A stretch of DNA of 15,306 nt from NCBI GenBank assembly GCA_945865755.1, contig CAMBFS010000089.1, positions 1 through 15,306 of the forward strand, in the 5' to 3' direction. Origin of the DNA: Klebsiella pneumoniae (lineage in GTDB: Bacteria; Desulfobacterota; Binatia; Bin18). Below, one piece after another: positions 1 to 10,186 of this stretch. Made by a program: the position numbers and the translations under genes. The notes below the pieces were generated by a model. It saw only the letters and a program-made list of their open reading frames with translations, did no database searches and was not told where the DNA came from. Numbering within the stretch: position 1 is the stretch's first letter; each line of letters opens with the position of its first letter.

Positions 1-48
1 AACTCCGAACTTCTTTGACTCCGAACTGTTCTAGACTCCGAACTTCTC
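1..48 (+). repeat. three tandem copies of a ~17-bp unit (core ACTCCGAACT at 2-11, 18-27, 35-44; unit ~GACTCCGAACTTCTy) ending directly at the ATG of the downstream GT2 gene; array is truncated by the window edge and may continue upstream
   Basis: Direct reading: ACTCCGAACTTCT (2-14), GACTCCGAACTGTTCT (17-32), GACTCCGAACTTCTC (34-48), then ATG at 49. No Shine-Dalgarno motif between the last repeat and the start codon. Confidence 0.6.
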
Positions 49-987
49 ATGTACCTTTCCCTAGTCGTTCCGGTCTATAACGAGGTGGAAAATCTCACCC
101 CGTTGTACGAACGTGTGCGTGAGGTGCTGGACCCCATCGGCTGGACCTACGAACTTATCCTCGTTGATGATGGCAGTACCGATGGCAGTGACCGCATGCT
201 GGCGGACCTCCATGCCAAGGATACGCGGGTCAAAGTGCTCCGCTTCCGCCGTAACTTTGGCCAAACCGCGGCTCTGGCGGCGGGATTTGATTATGCCCAC
301 GGCGATATTGTCGTCTCGCTTGACGGCGATATGCAGAATGATCCCGTGGATATCCCCAAACTCGTGGCGAAGCTCAACGAAGGCTACGACCTCGTCAATG
401 GCTGGCGGCTAGACCGACAAGACCCCTTTCTGAACCGCCGCCTCCCGTCGCAAATCGCCAATTGGATTATTGGGTTGACGACGCAAGTGAAAATTCATGA
501 TTACGGCTGCACGTTGAAGGTTTTTCGACGTGATGTCGTCAAAAATCTCAAACTGTATGGAGAAATGCACCGATTCATTCCCGCGCTCGTGGGTGATGTG
601 GGGGCGCGAATCACGGAAATGCCCGTGACGCATCACCCACGCAAACACGGCACTTCCAAGTACGGGCTGACTCGCACCTTGTGGGTGATTCTGGACCTGT
701 TGACGGTGAAGTTTCTGTCCCGCTATGCCACGAGACCCAGCCACTTGTTCGGTTTCGTCGGGCTTGTGGCCTTTTTCCTCGGCAGTGCCATTACCGCGGT
801 GTTGGGTGTCCAGCGCCTCTTCTTTGGCATGCGCTTATCCGAGCGCCCGCTCTTGTGGCTTGGTATTTTGCTGGTGGTGGTTGGGGTGCAGTTTGTGACG
901 ACCGGACTCCTGGCCGAAATGCTGGCACGCACCTACCACGAAAGCCAAGAGAAGTCCGTCTATCTGATTAAGGAAGTTCTCGAATAA
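49..987 (+). CDS. family-2 glycosyltransferase, polyprenyl-phosphate sugar transferase type (ArnC/GtrB/DPM1-like): N-terminal GT-A domain plus C-terminal transmembrane helices
   Basis: 312-aa ORF. N-terminal SLVVPVYNE...LILVDDGSTDGS and DGDMQNDP (DxD-like) motifs are typical of GT2. C-terminal hydrophobic stretches (LFGFVGLVAFFLGSAITAVLGV; LLWLGILLVVVGVQFVTTGLLAEML) match the two-TM tail of polyprenyl-phosphate glycosyltransferases. Confidence 0.85.
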   Translation: MYLSLVVPVYNEVENLTPLYERVREVLDPIGWTYELILVDDGSTDGSDRMLADLHAKDTRVKVLRFRRNFGQTAALAAGFDYAHGDIVVSLDGDMQNDPVDIPKLVAKLNEGYDLVNGWRLDRQDPFLNRRLPSQIANWIIGLTTQVKIHDYGCTLKVFRRDVVKNLKLYGEMHRFIPALVGDVGARITEMPVTHHPRKHGTSKYGLTRTLWVILDLLTVKFLSRYATRPSHLFGFVGLVAFFLGSAITAVLGVQRLFFGMRLSERPLLWLGILLVVVGVQFVTTGLLAEMLARTYHESQEKSVYLIKEVLE

Positions 988-1003
988 CCGATAGGGTTTT
1001 TTA

Positions 1004-1022
1004 GTGCACTGTGTTACAGTGC
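1004..1022. promoter_or_regulatory. perfect 7-bp inverted repeat GCACTGT-gtt-ACAGTGC (possible operator or small hairpin) in the GT2-ugd intergenic region
   Basis: Read directly: stem 1006-1012 / 1016-1022, 3-nt loop. Not followed by a T-run; the T-run at 994-1002 precedes it, so it is not a canonical intrinsic terminator. Confidence 0.3.
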
Positions 1023-1050
1023 CCCGGCTCGGAACGCTCAATCTTTCGCG

Positions 1051-1060
1051 GTTCGCGAAC
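1051..1060. promoter_or_regulatory. perfect 10-bp palindrome GTTCGCGAAC, ~50 bp upstream of the ugd start; candidate dimeric transcription-factor site. A TTGACC -35-like hexamer follows at 1075-1080.
   Basis: GTTCGCGAAC is its own reverse complement. A partial TTTCGCGG half-site lies immediately upstream (1044-1051). Confidence 0.3.
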
Positions 1061-1109
1061 CACCCTCAAAATAATTGACCACTATTGAATTGATAGGAGA
1101 AGAGAAGGC

Positions 1110-2423
1110 ATGAAACTGTGTGTCGTTGGCACGGGATACGTTGGACTGGTTGCGGGCACCTGCTTCGCGGAAAGCGGGAACGATGTCACCTGTGTGGATA
1201 TTGACCAGCGCAAGGTCGCCGACCTCCGTAATGGCAAAATTCCGATCTACGAACCGGGCTTGGAAGAACTCATTCGTCGCAACGCCACCGACAAGCGTTT
1301 GCATTTCACGACCGACTTGGCTGGCGCGGTGAGAGAGGCGATGGTGTGTTTCATCGCGGTGGGGACGCCGCAAGATGAGGACGGTTCCGCTGACCTGAGT
1401 ATGGTGCTGCAAGCCGGTGCCGATATCGCCAAGGCGATGCCTGGCTATCGTATCGTGGTGCTCAAGAGCACCGTGCCCGTGGGCACGGCGGATAAGTTGC
1501 GCGCCACCATGTCCGCCAATACGACCCACCCGTTCGATGTCGTTTCCAATCCCGAATTCCTCAAGGAAGGCGCCGCGGTCGAGGATTTTATGAAACCTGA
1601 CCGGGTGGTCATTGGCGGGAACAGCGACCGCGCGTTGTCGCTGATTAAAGAACTCTATGCGCCGTTTGTGCGCACCGAGAACCCCATTTTGGTGATGGAT
1701 AACCGGAGCGCCGAGATGACGAAATACGCGGCCAACGCTTTTCTGGCGATGCGCATCTCGTTCATCAATCAAGTGGCGAACCTCTGCGAGAAAGTCGAGG
1801 CGGATGTCGCCGAGGTGCGGCGTGGCATCGGATTTGATCGTCGCATCGGTCATTACTTTTTGTTTCCCGGTGTTGGGTATGGCGGCTCTTGTTTTCCGAA
1901 AGATGTCCGTGCGGTGATTCGCACGGCGGAAGAGCATCACATGGACTTCTCGTTACTGAAAGAAGTCGAAGTGGTGAACGAGAAGCAAAAACACTTGCTG
2001 GTCGACAAAGTCCACACCCATTTCGGCACTGACCTCCGTGGACGCAAGTTTGCGATCTGGGGACTGGCATTCAAGCCGCGCACCGATGACATGCGTGAAG
2101 CTCCAGCGGTTGTCATTATTGAAGAGTTGCTCAAGGGCGGAGCGGAAATCGCCGTGCATGATCCTGAAGCCCTCGCCCGCGCGCGGGAAGTCTTTGGCAA
2201 CCGTGTCTCTTATCACCGCGCCAATTACGACACCCTGCCGGGAGCCGATGCGCTGCTGATCGTGACCGAATGGAACGAGTTTCGGCGGCCTGATTTCGCG
2301 CGGATGCGTGAACTGATGAAGACCCCGCTCATTTTAGATGGTCGGAACCTGTACGAACCGGCGGTGATGAAGCAGGAAGGGTTCTCGTATTATCCTATTG
2401 GTCGCCCTTCGGTGACGCAGTAG
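1110..2423 (+). CDS. ugd: UDP-glucose 6-dehydrogenase
   Basis: 437 aa. N-terminal Rossmann motif MKLCVVGTGYVGLV. Catalytic-cysteine region GYGGSCFPKD. Overall UDP-glucose/GDP-mannose dehydrogenase family architecture. Strong SD (GGAGAAGAGAAGG) at 1096-1108. Confidence 0.9.
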   Translation: MKLCVVGTGYVGLVAGTCFAESGNDVTCVDIDQRKVADLRNGKIPIYEPGLEELIRRNATDKRLHFTTDLAGAVREAMVCFIAVGTPQDEDGSADLSMVLQAGADIAKAMPGYRIVVLKSTVPVGTADKLRATMSANTTHPFDVVSNPEFLKEGAAVEDFMKPDRVVIGGNSDRALSLIKELYAPFVRTENPILVMDNRSAEMTKYAANAFLAMRISFINQVANLCEKVEADVAEVRRGIGFDRRIGHYFLFPGVGYGGSCFPKDVRAVIRTAEEHHMDFSLLKEVEVVNEKQKHLLVDKVHTHFGTDLRGRKFAIWGLAFKPRTDDMREAPAVVIIEELLKGGAEIAVHDPEALARAREVFGNRVSYHRANYDTLPGADALLIVTEWNEFRRPDFARMRELMKTPLILDGRNLYEPAVMKQEGFSYYPIGRPSVTQ

Positions 2424-2450
2424 CGAGCCGAAGGGACGGAGGCAACGAAT

Positions 2451-3389
2451 ATGACACGTGTGTTAATCACTGGCGGCGCGGGTTTTATTGGGTCGCATCT
2501 CTGCGAGCGTTTTCTCAAGGAGGGGGACGAAGTCATCTGCATGGATAACTTCATCACCGGCAGCCCTGATAACATTGCTCACCTCTTTACCAACAAGAAT
2601 TTTTCTTTCATTCCGCAAGACGTGACCACGTTCATTTACGTGAAGGGGTCCGTGGATGCGATTCTCCATTTCGCCTCTCCCGCCAGCCCGGTCGATTACC
2701 TTGAGTTGCCGATTCAGACACTGAAGGTCGGTTCGCTCGGAACCCACAAGGCGTTGGGACTCGCAAAGGAAAAAGGGGCACGGCTCTTACTCGCCTCGAC
2801 CTCTGAAGTCTATGGTGATCCACTCGTGCATCCCCAGAAAGAAGACTACTGGGGCAATGTGAACCCGATTGGGCCGCGTGGCGTGTACGACGAGGCGAAG
2901 CGATTCGCCGAAGCGATGACGATGGCGTATCACCGCGCCCACGGGGTGCAAGTCCGCATCGTGCGGATCTTCAATACCTACGGTCCCCGAATGCGGCTCA
3001 GAGACGGACGTGTGGTCCCGAACTTTATCGCGCAGGCTCTACGGGGGGAAGATTTGACCGTGTATGGCGACGGTGGGCAGACGCGCAGTTTCTGTTTTGT
3101 GAGCGATCTGGTGGAAGGACTTGTCCGTCTCTTGCGCTCGGACCACACTGGTCCGGTCAATATCGGCAATCCCCGCGAGCTGACCATCCTCGAATTCGCC
3201 CGGGCGATCATCCAACTGACTGGAAGCAAAAGTAAGATCACCTTCAACCCGCTGCCGGTTGACGACCCGAAACAGCGCCAACCGGATATCTCTCTTGCGC
3301 GTCGGGTGCTCAATAACTGGGAACCTCAGGTTTCGCTAGAGGATGGACTCCGGCAGACGATTGCCTATTTTCAAGATAAGGTCGCGTAA
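2451..3389 (+). CDS. uxs: UDP-glucuronate decarboxylase (UDP-xylose synthase), extended-SDR family
   Basis: 312 aa. [14 protein letters not shown]...DNFITG...ASPASP...[12 protein letters not shown]...[17 protein letters not shown]...YDEAKR...[10 protein letters not shown]...DGRVV...[12 protein letters not shown]...VSDLV...NIGNP motifs follow the UXS1/ArnA-decarboxylase pattern nearly residue for residue. GGAGG RBS at 2434-2438. Confidence 0.88.
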   Translation: MTRVLITGGAGFIGSHLCERFLKEGDEVICMDNFITGSPDNIAHLFTNKNFSFIPQDVTTFIYVKGSVDAILHFASPASPVDYLELPIQTLKVGSLGTHKALGLAKEKGARLLLASTSEVYGDPLVHPQKEDYWGNVNPIGPRGVYDEAKRFAEAMTMAYHRAHGVQVRIVRIFNTYGPRMRLRDGRVVPNFIAQALRGEDLTVYGDGGQTRSFCFVSDLVEGLVRLLRSDHTGPVNIGNPRELTILEFARAIIQLTGSKSKITFNPLPVDDPKQRQPDISLARRVLNNWEPQVSLEDGLRQTIAYFQDKVA

Positions 3390-3411
3390 CTGGATTCATA
3401 CTGAGGATGCT

Positions 3412-4332
3412 ATGCGTATACTGGTAACTGGCGGCGCGGGTTTTATCGGCTCACACATCGTCGATACCTACATCAACGCGGGCCATGACGTGATTGTGGT
3501 CGATGACCTGTCGACCGGCAAACGACAGAATCTTCATCCCAAAGCCCACTTTGTGCAGGCGGATATTCAAGATCCGACTGTCCGGCAGTTGATCGGGCGG
3601 GAAAAGGTCGAGGTGCTGAACCATCATGCCGCGCAGATGGATGTCCGTCGTTCCGTGGCCGATCCGATGTTTGACGCACGCGTCAATATCTTGGGGATGC
3701 TCAATCTCCTTGAGGGCGCACGAGAAGCGGGAGTGAAGAAGATTATTTTCTCGTCATCTGGTGGGACGGTGTATGGGGAGCAGGAAACGTTTCCGGCGAC
3801 GGAAGAGCACCCGACTCATCCGATTTGCCCGTATGGCGTGAGTAAACGGACCGGCGAACATTACCTCTACTTCTATAACGTGGAATATCGCATGCCGTAC
3901 ATCGCGCTGCGCTACGCCAATATCTACGGGCCACGCCAAGACCCACATGGCGAGGCGGGTGTGGTGGCCATCTTCGCGCTCAAACTCTTGGCTGGTGAGC
4001 AACCGGTCGTCAACGGCGATGGCAAGCAGACGCGGGACTATGTCTTCGTGGGCGATGTGGCCCGCGCCAACTTGGCCGCCTTGCAAGCCGATTACACTGG
4101 CCCCATTAACATTGGCACCGCGATTGAGACCGATGTGAACCAATTGTTTGGTCATCTCCGTCACCTCACCGGGTCCACCGCTCCAGAAACGCATGGCCCC
4201 GCCAAAGCTGGAGAACAACGCCGCAGTGTGTTGGCATGGGACCGGGCGCGGCAACTTCTCGGCTGGCAGCCGGAAATGAAAATCGAGGAAGGATTACGTC
4301 GGACCGTCGAGTATTTCCGCACACGCGCATAA
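3412..4332 (+). CDS. NAD-dependent sugar-nucleotide epimerase (short GalE-like SDR; candidate UDP-glucose/UDP-xylose 4-epimerase)
   Basis: [15 protein letters not shown] Rossmann start and catalytic YGVSK (YxxxK). Start taken at ATG 3412 (GAGGA at 3403-3407) rather than the track's 3343, which would overlap the uxs gene by 47 bp. Stop TAA overlaps the lepA ATG. Confidence 0.8.
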   Translation: MRILVTGGAGFIGSHIVDTYINAGHDVIVVDDLSTGKRQNLHPKAHFVQADIQDPTVRQLIGREKVEVLNHHAAQMDVRRSVADPMFDARVNILGMLNLLEGAREAGVKKIIFSSSGGTVYGEQETFPATEEHPTHPICPYGVSKRTGEHYLYFYNVEYRMPYIALRYANIYGPRQDPHGEAGVVAIFALKLLAGEQPVVNGDGKQTRDYVFVGDVARANLAALQADYTGPINIGTAIETDVNQLFGHLRHLTGSTAPETHGPAKAGEQRRSVLAWDRARQLLGWQPEMKIEEGLRRTVEYFRTRA

Positions 4333-6140
4333 TGAACACAAGTCATATCCGTAATTTTTGTATCGTTGCCCATATCGACCACGGAAAGTCCACCTTGGCC
4401 GAAAAACTGTTGTCGTATACCGGTGGCGTGACCACCCGTGAGCGGGAGAATGGCGCCCAGTTCCTTGATACGATGGACCTCGAACAGGAACGCGGGATCA
4501 CCATCAAAGCGCGGACCGTTCGCCTGCTGTATCGAGCCGACGACGGCGAGGACTACTCCCTCAACCTCATTGATACGCCTGGCCACGTCGATTTCTCCTA
4601 CGAAGTGTCGCGCAGTCTCTCCGCCTGTGAGGGAGCGATCCTGGTCGTCGATGCCACCCAAGGCGTCGAAGCGCAAACCCTGGCCAACACCTATTTGGCG
4701 CTTGATCATCACCTCGAACTCTTGCCGGTTATCAATAAGATCGACTTGCCGAGCGCCGAACCGGAACGCGTGCGCCAGGAGATTGAAGACATTATTGGAC
4801 TTGATGGCAGCACCGCGATTTTGGCCAGCGCGAAAGAAGGGCGTGGCATTCACGAGGTGCTCGAAGGCATTGTGAGTACCGTCCCGCCGCCTGGTGGCGA
4901 TGCCGATGCCCCACTCAAAGCGCTGCTGTTTGATAGCTGGTTCGATTCGTATCAAGGGGCTGTCATCCTAGTGCGGGTGTTCGAAGGGACGCTGCGCCAG
5001 GGGATGACACTCCAACTGATGTCGAGCGATAAACTGTATGACGTGCAACGCTTAGGAGTCTTTGCGCCTCGGCCGCTGGTAGTGGATGCCCTGGGACCGG
5101 GCGAAGTCGGCTTCGTCATGGCGGGCATTAAGGATGTGACCGAAGCCCGCATTGGCGACACGATTACTGACCCGACCAACCCGACGGCCGCGGCGTTTCC
5201 TGGATTCAAAGAGGTCAAGCCGATGGTGTTCGCCGGCCTCTATCCAGTGGATTCCGTGGATTACGATGACCTGCGCGATGCCGTGGAGAAGCTGCGGCTC
5301 AACGATGCGTCGTTCACCTATGTGAAGGAAAGTTCGTTGGCGTTGGGCTTTGGCTTTCGCTGTGGGTTTCTTGGCTTGTTGCACATGGAAATTGTGCAGG
5401 AACGACTCGAACGCGAATTTGGCTTGGACCTGATTACCACCACGCCGACGGTGGAATATCGGGTGGTGACGATCACCGGCGATTCGCTGTTGATCGATAA
5501 TCCCTCGCTGTTGCCCCCAGAACAAGAAGTCGATCATATTGAAGAGCCGTTCATTCTCGCGACGATTCATGTGCCGACCGAATATCTCGGCAACGTGCTC
5601 CAACTTTGTCAGGAACGGCGCGGGGTGCAACGCGAACTCAAGTATCCAGGGATCAACCGGGCGCTGGTGCTCTACGAGATTCCGCTCAACGAGATCGTCA
5701 TTGATTTTCACGACCGTCTCAAATCCGTGAGCCGGGGCTATGCCTCGTTTGATTACGACTCTCTCGATTTGCGACCGGCCAAATTGCTCAAGCTTGACAT
5801 CCGCATCAATGGCGAGCTGGTGGATGCGCTGTCACTGATTGTTCATCAGGATCAATCCTACGCACGGGGGCGTGAGTTGACGCAGAAGATGCGTGAACTG
5901 ATCCCGCGGCAGATGTATGACGTGGCGATTCAGGCCTCGTTGGGTGGGCGGATCATCGCGCGCGAGACCGTCAAGGCGTTGCGGAAAAACGTGACCGCGA
6001 AATGCTACGGCGGGGATATTTCCCGAAAACGAAAGCTGCTAGAAAAACAAAAAGAGGGGAAAAAACGGATGAAGCAAGTTGGGCGCGTGGAAATCCCACA
6101 AGAGGCATTTCTCGCGCTGCTGCGAGTCCGAGAGTCCTAG
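4332..6140 (+). CDS. lepA: elongation factor 4 (translational GTPase LepA)
   Basis: [17 protein letters not shown] (G1), DTPGH (G3), NKID (G4), plus the LepA-specific C-terminal region. Start taken at ATG 4332 (MNTSHIRNF...), which overlaps the upstream stop as TAATG. The track's 4236 start adds an unsupported 32-aa extension. Confidence 0.93.
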   Translation: MNTSHIRNFCIVAHIDHGKSTLAEKLLSYTGGVTTRERENGAQFLDTMDLEQERGITIKARTVRLLYRADDGEDYSLNLIDTPGHVDFSYEVSRSLSACEGAILVVDATQGVEAQTLANTYLALDHHLELLPVINKIDLPSAEPERVRQEIEDIIGLDGSTAILASAKEGRGIHEVLEGIVSTVPPPGGDADAPLKALLFDSWFDSYQGAVILVRVFEGTLRQGMTLQLMSSDKLYDVQRLGVFAPRPLVVDALGPGEVGFVMAGIKDVTEARIGDTITDPTNPTAAAFPGFKEVKPMVFAGLYPVDSVDYDDLRDAVEKLRLNDASFTYVKESSLALGFGFRCGFLGLLHMEIVQERLEREFGLDLITTTPTVEYRVVTITGDSLLIDNPSLLPPEQEVDHIEEPFILATIHVPTEYLGNVLQLCQERRGVQRELKYPGINRALVLYEIPLNEIVIDFHDRLKSVSRGYASFDYDSLDLRPAKLLKLDIRINGELVDALSLIVHQDQSYARGRELTQKMRELIPRQMYDVAIQASLGGRIIARETVKALRKNVTAKCYGGDISRKRKLLEKQKEGKKRMKQVGRVEIPQEAFLALLRVRES

Positions 6141-6183
6141 TCATCTTGCGTGTGAGTCAAAAGGGGAGCCTGTGAGAAACAAA

Positions 6184-6867
6184 ATGTCTGGCATTGACGA
6201 ATCCGCCGTTGCCATTGGACATCAGGAACAAGTGGAGAAACGAGCTAGCACGGGCAAACGAAGCGTCCAGAAATCGGTCGCCCGCGAATATGCCGAAGCC
6301 CTGCTGGTCGCGTTGCTCCTCGCCTTATTTATTCGCAGTTTCATCGTCCAAGCCTTCAAGATTCCCTCCGGCTCCATGTTGTCCACGCTCCAAATCGGCG
6401 ATCATATTCTGGTGAACAAATTTCTGTATGGGTTTCGTTTACCCTATCCCATCGACACGACCGTCTGGGAGTGGAACCCGCCACAACGCGGCGATGTCAT
6501 TGTCTTTGTCTACCCCAAGGATCGCACCAAGGATTTCATCAAGCGGGTGATCGCGGTTGCCGGCGACACCGTCGAGGTGCGTCACAAAGCGGTGTACATC
6601 AACGGCGCCAAAGTGGAGGAGCCCCACGCGACCTTCGCCGAAGGAGACCGGGAAACCCCTGGCCAGCGTGACAATCTCGGCCTATTCACCGTGCCAGAGC
6701 ACAAACTTTTTGTGATGGGCGATAACCGAGACCAGAGCCACGACGGCCGGTTCTGGGGGTATGTCGACCTTGATGACGTGAAGGGCAAAGCGTTCCTGAT
6801 CTATTGGTCATGGGATGGCCAGGAGACGTGGGTACGGTGGGGGCGGATTGGCAGTCTTATTCGCTAA
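6184..6867 (+). CDS. lepB: signal peptidase I
   Basis: N-terminal TM helix (LLVALLLALFIRSFIV). Catalytic Ser motif IPSGSM. Lys box KRVIAV. GDNRDQSHDGRFWG box. Classic lepA-lepB adjacency. Start ambiguous: ATG 6184 or in-frame GTG 6172 just after AAGGGGAG. Confidence 0.85.
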   Translation: MSGIDESAVAIGHQEQVEKRASTGKRSVQKSVAREYAEALLVALLLALFIRSFIVQAFKIPSGSMLSTLQIGDHILVNKFLYGFRLPYPIDTTVWEWNPPQRGDVIVFVYPKDRTKDFIKRVIAVAGDTVEVRHKAVYINGAKVEEPHATFAEGDRETPGQRDNLGLFTVPEHKLFVMGDNRDQSHDGRFWGYVDLDDVKGKAFLIYWSWDGQETWVRWGRIGSLIR

Positions 6868-6885
6868 GGCGACGAGTTTATTATT

Positions 6886-8577
<1,692 letters not shown>

Positions 8578-8657
8578 TGAGCCGACTCCTTCTGAGCCAA
8601 GAAAAGAAAGACCACCCAAGCGTCCCACTTTGCCATTGATGGCGAGCGGAGGAACCC

Positions 8658-9236
8658 ATGTCATCCCAGGTCCAGACGCGCTTGACCCCGGAGCAATACC
8701 TCGTCCTTGAACGCCAAGCGCAATACCGTAGCGAGTATATCAATGGCTCCATTTTCGCGATGGCTGGAGCGAGTCGGCGACATAACCTGATCGCGGGTAA
8801 TGTCTTTGGCGAACTGCGCGCCCAACTGAGAGGCCGACCGTGCGAAGCCTACATTAACGATATGCGGGTCAAAGTTAGCGTCACTGGCTTGTATACCTAT
8901 CCAGATGTGGTGGCCCTTTGCGGCCAACCGGACTTTGAGGACACACATTTGGATACGCTACTCAATCCCAGTGTCATCGTGGAGGTGTTGTCCGACTCGA
9001 CTGAAGCGTATGACCGTGGTGAGAAGTTCGCGCATTACCGTCGATTGGCGTCGCTGAAAGACTACCTCCTTATCATGCAGAACCAGGTGCGAGTTGAGCA
9101 TTATGCGCGACAGGGTGACAAGTGGATGCTCTCTGAAGCCAGTGTTTTGGACGGTGCGATCCATTTGTCCTCAATGAACTGCGCGATTGTCCTTCGAGAC
9201 ATCTACGAAAGAATTGAGTTCCCAACACCCTTATGA
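8658..9236 (+). CDS. Uma2-family (DUF820) putative restriction-endonuclease-like protein
   Basis: 192 aa, the size and sequence style of Uma2/DUF820 proteins (LTPEQYLVLERQAQYRSEYINGSIF...; acidic/lysine catalytic region ...YPDVVAL...). GGAGG RBS upstream. Stop overlaps the next gene's start (ATGA). Confidence 0.75.
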   Translation: MSSQVQTRLTPEQYLVLERQAQYRSEYINGSIFAMAGASRRHNLIAGNVFGELRAQLRGRPCEAYINDMRVKVSVTGLYTYPDVVALCGQPDFEDTHLDTLLNPSVIVEVLSDSTEAYDRGEKFAHYRRLASLKDYLLIMQNQVRVEHYARQGDKWMLSEASVLDGAIHLSSMNCAIVLRDIYERIEFPTPL

Positions 9237-10186
9237 CCGACTACATTGGCTGGCTCCGCGGTCACATCGGCCCCCGCAAGACGATCCTTGCCTACGCGAC
9301 CGCATTGATTCGCGATGCTGATGGTCGCTTGCTGTTCCAGCGGCGGACCGATTTCGACTGGTGGGGACTGCCGGGCGGCATTGTCGAACTGGGTGAAACC
9401 TTTCGTGGTTGCGTCGTGCGCGAGGCGAGGGAAGAGACCGGTCTTCACGTCGAACCTCAGCGCCTCATTGGCGTGTACGCTTCGCCGGAGTGGGATTTTC
9501 AATACCCGACCGGCGATGAGGTGCAGCAGTTCACGGTCGCGATTGAGTGCCACGTGGTCGGTGGACAACTACGAGCAGATGGGCAGGAATCCACACTGGG
9601 ACAGTTCTTCTCGCTCGACGACCTGCCAACTTCGTGTCCGCCGTGGTATACGGCGATGATCCGCGACCTCAAGAACAAGAGCCTTCCTTACTTTGATCCG
9701 CCGATCATCACGTCAGCGACCGATAGTTTTCTGTGGCCATTGCGAGAAGCGGTAGGCGCGGGGCGGATTATTCTGATGTCGGCGGGCGCGGTGATCCAGG
9801 ATACCCAGAGGCGGGTGTTGCTGGGGTTACGATCCGATACGCACACCTGGGGACTCCCGGCGGGATTGATGGAGTTAGGGGAAACGCCAGCGGGCACGAT
9901 CGTGCGTGAAGCCTACGAAGAATTGCGATTGAGAATTCGTCCGACCCAGCTCGTGGGTGTGTTTACCGGGCCAGCGATGTTTCATACCTATCCCGATGGC
10001 AACCAAGTCCAACTGGCCGCCACGCTCTTTCGCGCCGAGATTGTTGAGGGGACACCGATTCCAGATGGAACCGAGACGTTAGCGGCGGATTGGTTCGACC
10101 TCACGGCACTCCCGCCGATGCCCCCGCGACATCACTGGATGTTGCAGGTGGCGTTGGCGCATCCTGAAGGTGGGCAAGTGGGGTAG
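9233..10186 (+). CDS. tandem-domain NUDIX hydrolase (two Nudix folds in one 317-aa protein)
   Basis: Two Nudix boxes (consensus GX5EX7REUXEEXGU): GIVELGETFRGCVVREAREETGL (canonical) and GLMELGETPAGTIVREAYEELRL (terminal G replaced by R). Start overlaps the Uma2 stop. Confidence 0.8.
   Translation: MTDYIGWLRGHIGPRKTILAYATALIRDADGRLLFQRRTDFDWWGLPGGIVELGETFRGCVVREAREETGLHVEPQRLIGVYASPEWDFQYPTGDEVQQFTVAIECHVVGGQLRADGQESTLGQFFSLDDLPTSCPPWYTAMIRDLKNKSLPYFDPPIITSATDSFLWPLREAVGAGRIILMSAGAVIQDTQRRVLLGLRSDTHTWGLPAGLMELGETPAGTIVREAYEELRLRIRPTQLVGVFTGPAMFHTYPDGNQVQLAATLFRAEIVEGTPIPDGTETLAADWFDLTALPPMPPRHHWMLQVALAHPEGGQVG
10073..10173 (+). repeat. copy A of a ~101-bp imperfect direct repeat (exact 43-bp core 10131-10173), forming the functional 3' end of the Nudix gene
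   Basis: Aligns with 14719-14819. The core ATCACTGGATGTTGCAGGTGGCGTTGGCGCATCCTGAAGGTGG is identical in both copies. Flanking ~58 bp upstream is ~80-85% identical. Sequence diverges completely right after the core. Confidence 0.85.

Noticed and set aside
1-48. Possible CRISPR array at the window start
   Set aside because: Repeat unit only ~17 bp and spacers ~6-7 bp, far below CRISPR dimensions. No cas genes. Treated as a regulatory or tandem repeat instead.
994-1022. Intrinsic terminator after the GT2 gene
   Set aside because: The T-run (GGGTTTTTT) precedes rather than follows the only clean hairpin, and on the opposite strand the hairpin is followed by an A-rich, not U-rich, tract.
1038-1940. 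300-aa minus-strand ORF overlapping ugd
   Set aside because: Antisense shadow of a confidently identified gene in high-GC DNA. No recognisable domain and an Arg/His-rich composition typical of wrong-frame translation. The same applies to 4161..4955(-), 5052..5711(-), 6808..7392(-), 7515..7925(-) and the other short antisense ORFs in the track.
3343-3411. Longer N-terminal extension of the epimerase (track start 3343)
   Set aside because: It would overlap the uxs gene by 47 bp. The canonical Rossmann N-terminus [15 protein letters not shown] begins at ATG 3412, with a GAGGA RBS just upstream.
4236-4331. Longer N-terminal extension of lepA (track start 4236)
   Set aside because: The extension lies entirely inside the epimerase gene. 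LepA proteins begin close to the G1 motif, as with ATG 4332.
6079-6183. Longer N-terminal extension of lepB (track start 6079)
   Set aside because: It would overlap the lepA 3' end by ~60 bp. A start at 6184 (or GTG 6172) follows an AAGGGGAG RBS and gives the usual short cytoplasmic segment before the TM helix.
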